Source of the DNA: Azolla caroliniana
Taxonomy: Eukaryota; Plantae; Polypodiophyta
NCBI GenBank assembly: GCA_043228905.1
Contig: JBHGNT010000005.1
Span: 9,982,001-10,046,000, forward strand
Direction: 5' to 3'
DNA: 64,000 bases
The translations under genes and the position numbers were made by a program. This document shows, in pieces, positions 1 through 11,536 of this stretch. Each line of letters starts with the position of its first letter. Positions within the stretch are counted from its first letter, which is position 1. The notes below the pieces were generated by a model, which saw nothing but the letters and a program-made list of their open reading frames with translations, did not search any database and was not told where the DNA came from.

Positions 1-413
1 TGTCGCTCACAACATCTAGAGTTCCTAGCCTCGTCACTTCTAGCTCCAAGTTTATCCGTCACTCCTAGCCCCATCATCTGGGCTCCGTCCTAGTCTACTC
101 CTGTTGAGGGGGAAAGTAACCGAAATACAAGCAGCCGAGAATAGAGGTCAAGGATAAGGAGGGCGTAGTTGAAGCACGCCAAGAGGAGAGGAAGCTATAT
201 AAATCGTGAAGTGAAGGAAGCACAGGCGGATAGAGATACCTATTCTGAGCCAGAGTGACTAAGGCCTAATCCTAGGATTGTATTGAGTGAGTGAGCAATA
301 CGATTATACTTGGTTTTGTATCATCATTATATTCTCTGTTAAATAGTCAATTACCTATACTTTTTCATTCAATCTTTGTGCCTGTCTCGTTTAAATTCTA
401 TTTCTATTTTCTG

Positions 414-984
414 TGTTGTTTGTGGTAAGTCGTGGTTCTGAATCGGTTGTAGCCAATTCTCGGAGTGTCCATAGCAAAAGTGTTAATGTTAACGTGCGGA
501 AGCGTTAGACAGAGCCGGCTCAGCCGGATAGCAACAGAGAATAAGATGAAGGTTTAATGGAGAAGCTTAATACACAGAGAGTATACGCGGGAGAGATAGA
601 GAGAGAGAGAGATGTTGTTTGTGGTAAGTCATGGTTCCGAATCGGTTGAAGCCAATTCTCGAAGTGTCCATAGCAAAAGTGTTAATGTTAACGTGCGGAA
701 GCGTTAGACAGAGCCGGCTCAGCCGGATAGTAGCAAAGAATAAGATGAAGGTTTAATGGAGAAGCTTAATACACAGAGAGTATATGCAGGAGATATAGAG
801 AGAGAGAGATGTTGTTTGTGGTAAGTCGTGGTTCCGAATCGGTTGTAGCCAATTCTCGGAGTGTCCATAGCAAAAGTGTTAATGTTAACGTGCGGAAGCG
901 TTAGACAGAGCCGCCTCAGCCGGATAGGAACAGAGAATAAGATGAAGGTTTAATGGAGAAGCTTAATACACAGAGAGTATACGC

Positions 985-1023
<39 letters not shown>
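414..1023 (-). repeat. Three tandem copies (~198 bp) of the terminal segment of a Copia LTR, each ending in a (GA)n tract
   Basis: Units start with TGTTGTTTGTGGTAAGTC at 414, 613 and 810, are near-identical, and each ends in (GA)n. Confidence 0.9.
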
Positions 1024-1026
<3 letters not shown>

Positions 1027-4000
1027 AGAACATAAACTCAATTCAAAATATCACTCTGAAACTCTGTACATACAACGTGCTAAACAACACTATTTATACA
1101 AGTCCTCAAAAGGAATGAGAGAAGTACTATATACTTCAATGCTCATACGAGAGACAAACACTAACTACGAGACAATGATTACCTAGTAGTCCAGACTACT
1201 ACTAGGGTTCCGGTTCGCACTCGAATCCGGCTCTCCAATCCGTCTCCCCGATCCGGCCGGTTGTTTCCGGATGCCGATCCGCCTCAAGCTTATTCAGCCG
1301 ATCCGGATTCGGTTGAGCTTGCTCGCTCAACACTCCCCCTCAATCTCAACTTGAGGTCGGATCGTGGTGTTAGTGTCTATGGCAGCCGGTTCTTCTACTC
1401 GGCTCCTTCTGGCGTTGCTCCGCCTTGCTCGCGCTCCTCGTCCGGTCCGGTCATGTTTGCCGCGACCCTTCTAGTTCTACGCACCTCGACCTCCTCGGTC
1501 GGCTTGTCAACTCAACATGCCCATTTCAGTTCCCTCGTTGCTGTGACTCCCTGCATCCATGTTCGCTTGGCCTTTAGTTGATCCGGCTCCTCCGTATCCA
1601 ACTGTTGAAGCGAATAGGTTGTCTCTGATTCGTTCCCACTCTTGTCCGAGTCGTTGTTCTCCAACTTGTCTTCCGGTTTCAGGCCCTTTACCACATCAGA
1701 CCATGTCCGGGTCTTGGCCTTCTCCTTCCGGTCGGCTCTATCCTTCTTGACTCTGCCGCTCGTTCCGACTTGTTTGGACGTGCCGACTTCCTTCGTCAAC
1801 TCAGCTTCCTTTTTCGGCTTATCTCCCCCCTTGGTTCTTCCTTCCTCTCTGGCTCCTTGTCTGGTGCCATTCATTCCCATTCTTGTTCTCTGTTAGGAAA
1901 CAGGTTCCTCCGGATGGGAAGTGAGAAGAATAGTACTGATGAGCAAACTCGGCCGAGGCCGATAGGCCGAGGTCGAAACCGGATGTGGAGTACCCGGCTA
2001 CGGAAGACCCGGTGAGAACCGGATGTGGAATACCCAACAACGGAAGACCCGGTGAGAACCAGATGTGGAGTACCCGACAATGGAAGACCCGGCGAGAACC
2101 GGATGACGTGTGCCCGGCAAGCGCCGGATGATGCAGGCCCGGTGCGGAGTGCTCACCGGATGAAGGGACATATTCATAAATATGTTTTTGAGAGTCCATC
2201 GGGGCTATATTTGTAAATAGCCGAAAAGTCATATTAGTATAAATATGACTTAGGGCAAACTTAGTGAGTGGGTGGTTGTCATTTGTTGTTGTTGTAAGAT
2301 TAGAGCGCGTAACAGTGTACAGAGAGAGTGAGAGAGAGGAAGAGGTCGTTGCCTCTGTTGTAACTGCCGCCTATGGCGAAGATAGCAAGCTCGAGGTCGT
2401 GGCCTCGGTGCTTTCTTATTGTACATTCTGATATAGTGATAGTTTGCGGTCTGTGGGCTACCGTGGTTTTTCCCGAGTTTGGGTTTTCCACGTAAACATC
2501 CTGTGTACTCTTCTCTTCACTGTGTTGTGCTTTCATTCCCTGTTTTTCTGTGTTTTATTCTAGGCTCGGTTGTGGCCGAGCGTTGTTCAAAGAGCGTGTA
2601 GTTCTTGCCATTCTCCCCCTCAAGTGCGTCAGATCGAGATGCTGAATGCTGAGCATCTCCGAAAAGTGCTACAATTTGTTCAATCTGAGTGGTTTGGTAA
2701 AGATGTCAGCAACCTGTTGATCCATCTGAACATACCGAAGTTCGACTTCACTGCTCACGCACAAAGTGATAATGCACTTCTATGTGCTTTGTTCGAGCAT
2801 GGAAGACGGGTTTTTGGCAAGCTGTATGTTGTTGATGTTGTCGCTATTGATGTTGTCTGCACCTCAATCCGGAGATCTCGTAGTAGTTTCCGAAGCCTCA
2901 TGGCTTCACAAGTGGCATTGGTAGCGCCCCGGTATTCAGCCTCAGTGCTCGACAGAGCCATTGTTGGTTGTTTTTTGCTGCTCCACGCAACAGCCACGCT
3001 ACCTACAGAAAACATATAATCAGAGGTGGATCGGTGATCCGATGCATCACCAGCCTAGTCAGCATCGATATATCCGACTAGCTTCCCAGCTATACCATGT
3101 CGGTATAACAGTCCCCGGTTCTTCGTGGCGCTCACATATCGCAATATTGAATGTGCGCACTGAAGGTGCTCCACTGTTGGCTTCTGCATGAATTGGTTGA
3201 TCACACCAACTGGATAACTGATGTCGGGTCGGGTGATTGTCAAGTATATCAGGCTTCGGACTATTTGTCGGAACCGTTTTTCATCGCAGGCCTGGCCGGA
3301 GTCGGGATGTAGCTTTAGGTTCCAGTCCAGGGGTGTGGAGATCGGTCGACATTCCATCATGCTGAACTTGTACAACATATTCTGTCTTTATGAGAGCAAT
3401 ATGCCATCGGCGGTTCGGATCACTTGGATCCCAAGAAAATAATGAAGGTCCCCCAGGTCCTTCATCTCAAATGCGTCTGACAGCTGGGCCTTGACACGGC
3501 CGATTTCATCAAGTCCGGGTCCGGTGATGACTAAATCCTCTACATAAAGTAAGATGCAAACCGGACTATCCGGACCTTGCTGGATGAACTACGATGAGTT
3601 GGATTTAGAGGTCACAAACCCCATCTTACGCAATCGGTGCATGATCTTTGCATTCCAAGCTCGGGTGGCTTGTTTTAGACCGTAAAGCGACTTCTTAAGT
3701 CAGCACACCGCCAACTTGTTCATCTCCGATTGAAAGCCGGGAGGTTGGATCATATAGACCCGTTCTTCAAGGTCACCTTGAAGAAACACATTCTTCACGT
3801 CCATCTGGTGAAGATGCGACCCCCTTGCCGCAGCAACCGCCAGTACCATACGAACCGTCGTCGTCTTCGGTACCAGAGCGAAGGTCTCGTCGTAGTCGAT
3901 TCTGTGGGTCTGTGCGTATCCCTTCGCCACTAACCGGGCCTTGTACCGGTTAACCGAACTGTCGGCATTGTAATTTACCTTGTACACCCATTTGCAACCG

Positions 4001-4873
4001 ATCGGTTTACAGTGTCGGGGAGAGTCAACGAGGTCCCATGTGTCGTTGGCATTGAGTGCCCGCATTTCTTCTTCCATAGTGGCACGCCAATTAGCGTCCT
4101 TTGCCGCTTCTGCGTAGCTCTCCGGTTCACGCACTTCCGCCACTTTGGTCATGTACGCATAGTGATGCGCCATGTACTCATTGTACTCATACCACGTAAC
4201 GGGGTTCTTTTGGCGGGTTGACGGGCGTAACTTTTCGTTACCCAGTTTGGGGCCCTTCTTGGCCGGTTCAGACTTCGTTCCCGAATATCCGCCTTCATCC
4301 TTTCCAAAGTCAGATTCGCTTTGATCCGACTCAATGTTGCCGGCTTCGTATTCCGACATTTTCTGCTTCCCTTTCTCTTTGCATGTGAACCGTCTTCACT
4401 ACGCACCAGGGAGAGCATGGTAAAGTCTTCACTACTCGCCGGTTCTTTATCCGACTGGTCACATTGACCCAGTCGCTCGTTCGGTACGCTCAACCGAAAT
4501 GATTCTGGACTCTCTTCTAGAGTCTCAAGCTCTTCATCTTCTATCTGGACCTGTTCAAGCTCACTAGCCTCATCCTTCGGGATTGGGTCGAAGTCGGAAG
4601 TCGGAGTCGGTAGAGAGTACCACGATGCCGTCTCGTCGAACTCAACATTTCGGCTTACTCGAACCTGAATTCGTCTGGGGGTTATAGCACTTATACCCCT
4701 TTTTCTCATGCCAGTAACCGACTAGGATGCACTTCTCTGACTTCGGATTGAGCTTCTTCCGCTTCTCATCCGGTACATGCACATATGCTATGCTACCGAA
4801 TATCCGAAGGTGCCTCAAATTCGGCACTTGCCCAAAATACAGCTCATGTGCTGACACCTTGTCTCCGATCCGG
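810..4873 (-). mobile_element. Degenerate Ty1/Copia retrotransposon, 3' half (integrase end, RT, RNase H, 3' LTR 810-1332)
   Basis: IFGSIAYVHVPDEKRKKL..KSEKCILVGY (4642-4870), YKARLVAKGY and LHQMDVKNVFL (3700-4359), RPDISYPVG, SSTEAEY, ADIFTKPL. PPT GAGGGGGAG is next to the LTR start TG (plus-strand CA at 1331-1332). Multiple stops and frameshifts. Confidence 0.92.
1891..2610 (+). mobile_element. Solo LTR of the Tork/Tnt1-like Copia family seen at 38952-44282
   Basis: TG...CA ends, 5-bp TSD TTCTC on both sides, and reverse-complement similarity to LTR 43410-44282. Confidence 0.92.
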
Positions 4874-5394
4874 TGTCGTGAAGAAAACCGGCCATAGGCG
4901 GAATCAAAGAGAAAGCGCGTAAACCGGCCCTTACACGGATGGACGTGTGACTTGATATTTTGCACACGAACCGGTGGATGTAAATACTAAGCCGCATACA
5001 TTTATAAGGGGGGGATTGTGTGTATCCCGGTTAGAGGGACAGGGAATAAAGGGAGGAGGACAAGGGAAAATGGGCATCGCACGCGAGGAGGAAGGGAGGC
5101 GTTGTTGCAGAACGGAAGAGAGAGCTCTCTCTCTTGGACGCGAATCGTCACTCTCTGCGGGTGTCGGGAGGTCGCTGCCTCTGCTTCGTGGACAGCCCGT
5201 GTGCTTCCAGCAGAGTCACTCCCTTTCCCTTTTGTTTCTTTGAGTCGTGTGTCTATCGTCGGTGTGCGTGAGTAGGGTCCCTGTGTCGGGTCCGTCGCCA
5301 CTCTGTCGGTTGTAATTGTCGGTGTTTGTAATCTCTGTCATTATAATTAAGTGTTACATTCTATATCTCTCTTTCTCGCTTCTACGTGTCGATG

Positions 5395-5449
<55 letters not shown>

Positions 5450-5515
5450 CCTCGGTCCAAGACCTCCGTGGTCCCGCCCCTTTCTACACGTACGCGCGTA
5501 ACAACGCAACATCTT

Positions 5516-5532
5516 TGGTGAACCCGACGTGA
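5516..5532 (+). promoter_or_regulatory. Primer-binding site complementary to tRNA-Trp 3' end
   Basis: TGGTGAACCCGACGTGA directly after the LTR. It matches the reverse complement of the plant tRNA-Trp 3' end as recalled. Confidence 0.75.
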
Positions 5533-7604
5533 AAGGGAGGCAAAGGAGTCGAAAGATGAGGGGATTGGAGCTAGCAGAGGCAATGGCGGTGGCCGTCGAC
5601 CGGCTGGTGAGCGCTCGTGAGGGAACGGGTACCCTCGACAGAGCCATTGAATCGATTGTCGGCTCTATAGGCCGTTTCGGAGGGAAAGACGCCACAAGTT
5701 ATTTGGAGGCTTACCGGGCCGAAATGATCATGAGGGATATCCTGGTGGACAGGCGGTTGTCCGGATTCCCTCGGGTGGTAACGCCGGGCATCCATGTGGA
5801 GGTGCTGGCCGGATGCCAGACTTGGGAGGAGTTCGAGCTGCAGCTCCTCGAGAAGTACGGGTTTGACGATTCGCTCCGGCTGTCGAGGCGGGACTTCATG
5901 GCGTGGGTGGAAAGCCCCAGAAAAGGGAGGAACACGTCGGTGCTCCTCCAGGAGTTCAAAAAACGGTTCGCGCGGTTGTCCACGTTGGACCGGACGGTGC
6001 TCGAAGCAAGTCGAGTACTGTTGTTTGTCAAGTCAGTGGATGCGCTCGACAGGGAAAAGGTGGGGCCCCTATTGGAAACGGACGAAGGGCTCACGACAGA
6101 TTGGGTCGTGGTAAAACGGGTCTGCAGTCGTTTAGACAAACGGCGCGATTGGAGCGACGGAAGCACGTCGGGGTCGGGGCCGGTCCCGGGGAGGAGGCTC
6201 GAGGAGCCGGTTTCGGTGCCTGCTGGGAGGAAGGAAGAGACCCGAATCTGGCCGGAGTCGGGGTCGGCATCGAACGACGTGGCCAGAGGCCCATCCAGAG
6301 GAGCGGCTCTAGAGGAGCTAACACATATGGTGTGTGACCTGCAGATCGCACAGGCCCGAAGAGACAGCGGTGAACAACCTCGCGACCGGAGGCCGCCGGC
6401 TGGGCAGCGGTGCATGTGGTGTGACGGGATCGGTCACATTCAGAAGGACTACGCGGATTTCGCCGATGCGCTCAGGACCAACATGGAGTACCTCTGGAAC
6501 GGGCGGGTGCACGCGAGCGAGACCCGGAGAGCCCTAGAACTGAATACGGGGCGCGATGGAATGAAGAGGTTGATGGAAGAGGCCGCGGCACAGCACGTCG
6601 AAGCCGTTAACTACTCAGTGTCGGTGGGAATTCGGGTCGGGGGTGATGAGACCCGGAAGGTGAAGGACTCCGGAGTCTTGCCGCTAGTGCTAGAAGGCCT
6701 CTCCGGAGTTCGGCTGAGGAAGGAAGAGGCAGACCACGCGGTCACCGGTTGGGACGATTCGGTGGAAGAGAAAACGGGCTTCGTAGAAACCACTTGCCAG
6801 AACTACGAGGTTTTGGTGGAGGACAAACGGGCAGGAAAGGACGGAGGGGTCGGCCCCCCGAGGTATGAGACCCGATTCAAACCGAAACCGACCGGTGTCG
6901 GCAACCCGGGCACACCGGACGGAAAGAAGCAGGCGGAGTTTCGGTTGAGCACCGAGATCGAAAGGACCACAGACCTGCGAAAGGTCCTGGAGGAAAGTAT
7001 CCTCGACAACAAAGTGGAGCTGTCATTGGGGGAGGTGTTGGGAATCGCCAAGAGGGAGTTCCATGACTCAATCGTAGACTTGGTGAAGCGTAAGAGGCTC
7101 TCGACGGAGCCGGAACCGGAGAAGCCGGTGGAAGTGCGGACCACACACCTGGAAGACGGAGCCTTGGAAGATGAGCTGGCGGGAAGCCACTACACGAAGC
7201 CGCATTGGGCTAGGGCGGCTACGAAAACCCCTGTACGGATCGGCAACGTTCTGGAACCGGTGGTGGCGTTGGTGGACCATGGATCCGAAATCAACCTGAT
7301 GTCCATGGATTTCTACAAGAAGGGTAAATGGCCGATCAACACCAAGCATGGCTGGAAGATACGGGCAACGACGCGCGCCACGGAAGAACTACATGGGGCT
7401 TGTCCGAACGTACGGGTGAAAATCGGCGATGTCGAGATCGACCATCACTTCTTCCTGCAGGAGACATCCTCGCATCCGGTTATACTAGGAGAGCCATATA
7501 TCACAGCGGCACGGATGGAGACCAAGGTGTTGGACAACGGTTCAGCCTATGCAAGAGTCAAGAGCCAGGACGGGCGTCACTCAGTCCAGTTCCTAACGGA
7601 ATAG
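5529..7604 (+). CDS. Gypsy gag-aspartic protease polyprotein, 3'-truncated by rearrangement
   Basis: 691-aa ORF with a degenerate Zn knuckle CMWCDGIGHIQKDY and protease motifs ALVDHGSEIN and VILGEPY. The true start is probably a downstream ATG. Confidence 0.8.
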   Translation: MKGRQRSRKMRGLELAEAMAVAVDRLVSAREGTGTLDRAIESIVGSIGRFGGKDATSYLEAYRAEMIMRDILVDRRLSGFPRVVTPGIHVEVLAGCQTWEEFELQLLEKYGFDDSLRLSRRDFMAWVESPRKGRNTSVLLQEFKKRFARLSTLDRTVLEASRVLLFVKSVDALDREKVGPLLETDEGLTTDWVVVKRVCSRLDKRRDWSDGSTSGSGPVPGRRLEEPVSVPAGRKEETRIWPESGSASNDVARGPSRGAALEELTHMVCDLQIAQARRDSGEQPRDRRPPAGQRCMWCDGIGHIQKDYADFADALRTNMEYLWNGRVHASETRRALELNTGRDGMKRLMEEAAAQHVEAVNYSVSVGIRVGGDETRKVKDSGVLPLVLEGLSGVRLRKEEADHAVTGWDDSVEEKTGFVETTCQNYEVLVEDKRAGKDGGVGPPRYETRFKPKPTGVGNPGTPDGKKQAEFRLSTEIERTTDLRKVLEESILDNKVELSLGEVLGIAKREFHDSIVDLVKRKRLSTEPEPEKPVEVRTTHLEDGALEDELAGSHYTKPHWARAATKTPVRIGNVLEPVVALVDHGSEINLMSMDFYKKGKWPINTKHGWKIRATTRATEELHGACPNVRVKIGDVEIDHHFFLQETSSHPVILGEPYITAARMETKVLDNGSAYARVKSQDGRHSVQFLTE

Positions 7605-7649
7605 ACATTCCAGTGAATAGATCGACCGACAAAATAGATCGACCTTCCA

Positions 7650-8398
7650 GTGAAGGCCTCCGCGAACTCGTCTATGGTCGGTCCGATCCCTGCATTACGG
7701 ATGGTCACCTTGTTGACCGGTTGTAGGTCCTGGATGAAGCGCATCGTGCCGTTCTTCTTCGGCACCATAAACCACCGATTCGAATACGGGGCACTCGACG
7801 GTTCGAGGATGCCCATCTCCACCTTTTGCTTTAGGAGCTCCATCAACTTCGGGATGTGAGCTCTTGGCACCGGAATCGGCTTTAGATTCCACGGTACATG
7901 CGGTACCATGAAGATCACCATCGGTTCGACAACTGTCGGGTCTACGCACCCGATCTCCTCCGGTGAGAATGCGAAAGCCTTCCCGTGCCTTCACTGGAAG
8001 GTCGATCTATTCTGTCAAGATCGACCATCACTTCTTCGTGCAGGAGACATCCTCGGGAGGCACGGGAAGGCTTTCGCATTCTCACCGGAGGAGATCGGGT
8101 GCGTAGACCCGACAGTTGTCGAACCGATGGTGATCTTCACGGTACCGCATGTACCGTGGAATCTAAAGCTGATTCCGGTGCCAAGAGCTCACATCCCGAA
8201 GTTGATGGAGCTCCTAAAGCAAAAGGTGGAGATGGGCATCCTCGAACCGTCGAGTGCCCCGTATTCGAATCGGTGGTTTACGGTGCCGAAGAAGAACGGC
8301 ACGCTGCACTTCATCCAGGACCTACAACCGGTCAACAAGGTGACCATCCGTAATGCAAGGATCGGACCGACCATAGACGAGTTCGCGGAGGCCTTCAC
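7650..8398. repeat. 341-bp inverted duplication of an RT segment (7650-7990 vs 8058-8398) with templated filler
   Basis: The same peptide is encoded on both strands (ORFs 7577..7921- and 7908..8474+). The spacer includes a copy of 7433-7471. Confidence 0.9.
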
Positions 8399-8425
8399 CC
8401 CGGATCTATTATACTCGGGGTCTAT

Positions 8426-9595
8426 TTTATCACTTAGGACACCAGGGTCAACACCCTCGAGTGACAGACCATAGGTGTTGTGGAAGTCCTCCTTTGTCTC
8501 GCAAAATTTTGCGAAGTTTAGCACTCTCAGATACGGAGGAACGAGCCATTTGAAATATCATTTCAGAAATCAGAAATAGTGCAAAATCAGAATATGTCAG
8601 AATCAAAAACCCCAATCAACAACAAAAAAAATAGTGCAAAATCATTAACTTAGCAAATCAGAAACCGTAATCATAATTTGTATTCAAAAATTTGAAATCA
8701 GAAACCCTAAACAAAATCTGTAATCAGAAGTTTGAAATCAGAAACCCTAATCAAAATCTGTAATCGGAAGTTTGTAACCAGAAACCCTATTAAAAAATTC
8801 TAATCAAAAATTTATAATCAAAAACCCTAATAAAAAATTTCAATCAGAAATTTCAATCACAAACCCTAATCAGAAATCCTAAACATAAATTTATAAACAA
8901 AAACCCTATTTAGAAATTCTAATCAGAAATTCTAATCTGTAATCAAAATTTGTAACCAGAAACCCTATTCAGAAATTCTAATCAGAAATTTATAATCAAA
9001 AACCCTAATCAGAAATTTCAATCAAAAACCCCAATCATCACTAAAGACAGGATTAAACACAAAAAAAGTAATATAAACACACCTGTTGCTACTCCTCGAT
9101 CTACGAGACATCCTTGTATGGGACTCCAAGGACTTCGCCCTATTCGATTTTGGGGAAATATGAATTGGCACCAAACCAAAGTTCAGACAATAGTAAAAAA
9201 GAAAAAACAAATGTTTGGGGTTTCTGTAACTGAAACATACCTGGACGATGATCGAGTGGGTTCTGTGTTGTAGCTCTGAATCTGCAATGTCGATTTTCTG
9301 CTGCTGCGGGAGCTACGTCTACGTTCGTGCTCTGAGTACTCCATCTGCGTTCAAAATCAAACTTAGGCTAAACAAGAAATTGATGACATTGAAGTCGACC
9401 TTAGATGATGGTGCTATTCCCCAAGTTCCACTACGTCTGAAACAGAAGTTCAAATATTTGAGTTTTTTCATAAATTAGTTTTACAAATATTTGATTTTCC
9501 CACAAAAAAGACTAGCTAAACAAATAGCTAATTAGTTGTGGCCATTTTAGTAGCTAATTAGCAATAATAGTGTTTCCACTCGCATGCTTTTACCC
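8426..9595 (-). mobile_element. Truncated inverted copy of the terminal 1.1 kb of the DNA transposon at 29983
   Basis: Reverse complement of ~29983-31119, with the same GGGTAAAAGCATGCGAGTGGAAAC end, exons 1-3 of the cargo gene and the AAACCCTAAT repeats. Confidence 0.9.
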
Positions 9596-11483
9596 TGAGG
9601 CCTTTTGCGTTCGAGGGTGGGGGGGCATTTAGGATGGCTGGTACTTTATCCGGGTCCATGGCGATATCATCTTGACTGACGATGTGCCCGAGTAGGTTGC
9701 CGCTTGTGACCAAGGACGCACATTTTTCCGGGTTTAAACTTAACCAAGCTTGATGACATTGATCAAGACAGAGATGTAACTGGGTCATGTGTTCCAGTCA
9801 CTGACCATATACGGCAAAGTCATCGAGAAAGACTTGCATGAACGCCGGGATATACTCGTTAAAATTTTTGGTGATGATGCGCTAGAACGTGGCCAACACC
9901 GTTTTCAAACCGAACATCATTACTTCTGCCACGAAAACACCCCATTCCGTGACAAATGTTGTTTTCTCCTGATCATCCGGGTGCATTCTGATTTGGTTGT
10001 AACCACTGAACCCGTCTAGAAAGTTGTAGCATTCGTGACCTGCCACCGTGTCGAGAACACTATTCGTGAACGGGAGAGGGAATCCATCCGTGACCATTGC
10101 AGCATTAAGCTTGCGGTAGTCGACACAGACTCGGATTTTCCCATTTTTCTTGGGGACAACTACGATTGGGCTTAACCATGTGGCGCGTTTTACAGGTCGT
10201 ATGGACCCAACTCGAAGGAGCTTGTCTATTTCTTCCTTGACCTTAGCCGCATAATTGGGGTTCATCCGGTATCGTCTTTGCTGAACCGACCGAGCGTCCG
10301 GGAGAAGATAGATCTGTTGTTGGTAGTATTGTGGGTCCAAACCCTTCATATCCATGTAAGACCATGCGAATACATCCTGGTAATCGGTGAGTAAATGTAT
10401 GAAGGCTGCTCGTTCACCGGCTGGTAAGTTATTAGCAATCTGTAGGGTGCGAGGGTTCTCGTTCGAACCGAGGTTCAATGTTTCAAGCGTTGATGCCTTC
10501 ACTCGTTGGGAGATGGCGAGTTCACCTTCAAAAGTGTCCCGAGCGTGTCGTAATTCTGCGATGGTGGTGGGATCGGGCTCATCCTAGGGAGGTGTATTCA
10601 CCGTGACTTCCTCGTCTAGAGGTGTGCCGACGGCCGTCATGGTGTCGATTTTGAAGAGAGGTATGATAGTGGGATGGTCTTCTAGGAAGTCATCCACCTC
10701 GTCATCGGCTAACCCGTCGAGCATGTGCACCCGTTCCGCATATAACGGCGAGGTGTTGTGGGGCGTGGTTACGTGTTCTTCGGTTATGATCCGGACCTTG
10801 GTCTTTCCTCGGCGAAACGAGATCATGTTGCACTGCCAATGTTGTTTGATATTTGCTGTGCGCAACCATGGTCTGCCCAGTAACATTGGGTAAGCCCCCT
10901 GTGCTTCGAGTCGTAATACAACATTCGAGATAGTAAACATGTGGCCTCCTAGAGTAAAGTCGAGGTGGCGGATTAATCCGATGGGGCGAACGATCGTGTG
11001 TCGGCCATCCGAAGCCAAAAGGGGCAAGGTTCCCATTGATTCAGGCCGAGTTTATGACAGGTGTTATTCGCTTAGCCGGACAAGGCCTAACACAAGGTGT
11101 CACGGAGACACTTCACCAAAGGGTGATTACGGCATAGGATTAAGATTCAACGATTACACCGACTTACGTAGGTTACACGATTAGATTGCTTTGGTTAATT
11201 ACACGCGTAAGATACAACAGTAAATACAGAACGGAAATCAAGACAGAAGTATAAACATCATAAACTGTATTAATTATCCGCTGTCATTACAATGGGGTCC
11301 GGGCCTTTAAATAGGTTTCCGGCCCGTAGTACAAAACGGTGCCTCTCGCACCTATTCGGGATCCGTCCGGATCTGGAACGGCATACCGTTTCCAGTCCGT
11401 CCGTCCACACTATGCTCATTTACAACCATATCTAATTAATTCCTTCACTCCGTATTTTGGACTGCTTGCCGGCCGGTAACACA

Positions 11484-11500
11484 TGGCACGCCCGTGGGAC
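11484..11500 (-). promoter_or_regulatory. tRNA-Arg 3'-end sequence (GTCCCACGGGCGTGCCA) at the PPT position
   Basis: Lies 2 nt before the 3' LTR on the element sense strand, with no purine run at the boundary. An identical motif is at 58961-58977. Confidence 0.8.
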
Positions 11501-11536
11501 AGTACCTTGTACGTCGAACCCTTCTCGGCCCCTTCA

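Larger units (their letters stand above)
4874..8398 (+). mobile_element. Ty3/Gypsy retrotransposon 5' part (LTR ~4874-5511, tRNA-Trp PBS, gag-protease, rearranged RT fragments)
   Basis: LTR begins TGTCGTG and contains a (CT)n tract. PBS TGGTGAACCCGACGTGA at 5516-5532. RT motif YSNRWFTVPKKNG..FIQDLQPVN. Confidence 0.85.

Noticed and set aside
1-413. Possible LTR fragment with a TATA-like motif near 195
   Set aside because: No termini, PBS or second copy in the window to support a call.
953-1186. ERERER and SLSLSL ORFs (also 5316-5695, 43632, 56172)
   Set aside because: Translations of (GA)n/(CT)n microsatellites inside LTRs.
7600-8430. Amplification or assembly chimera as the cause of the inversion
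   Set aside because: The arms carry independent substitutions, which favours a real, aged event. Reads are still needed to exclude an artefact.
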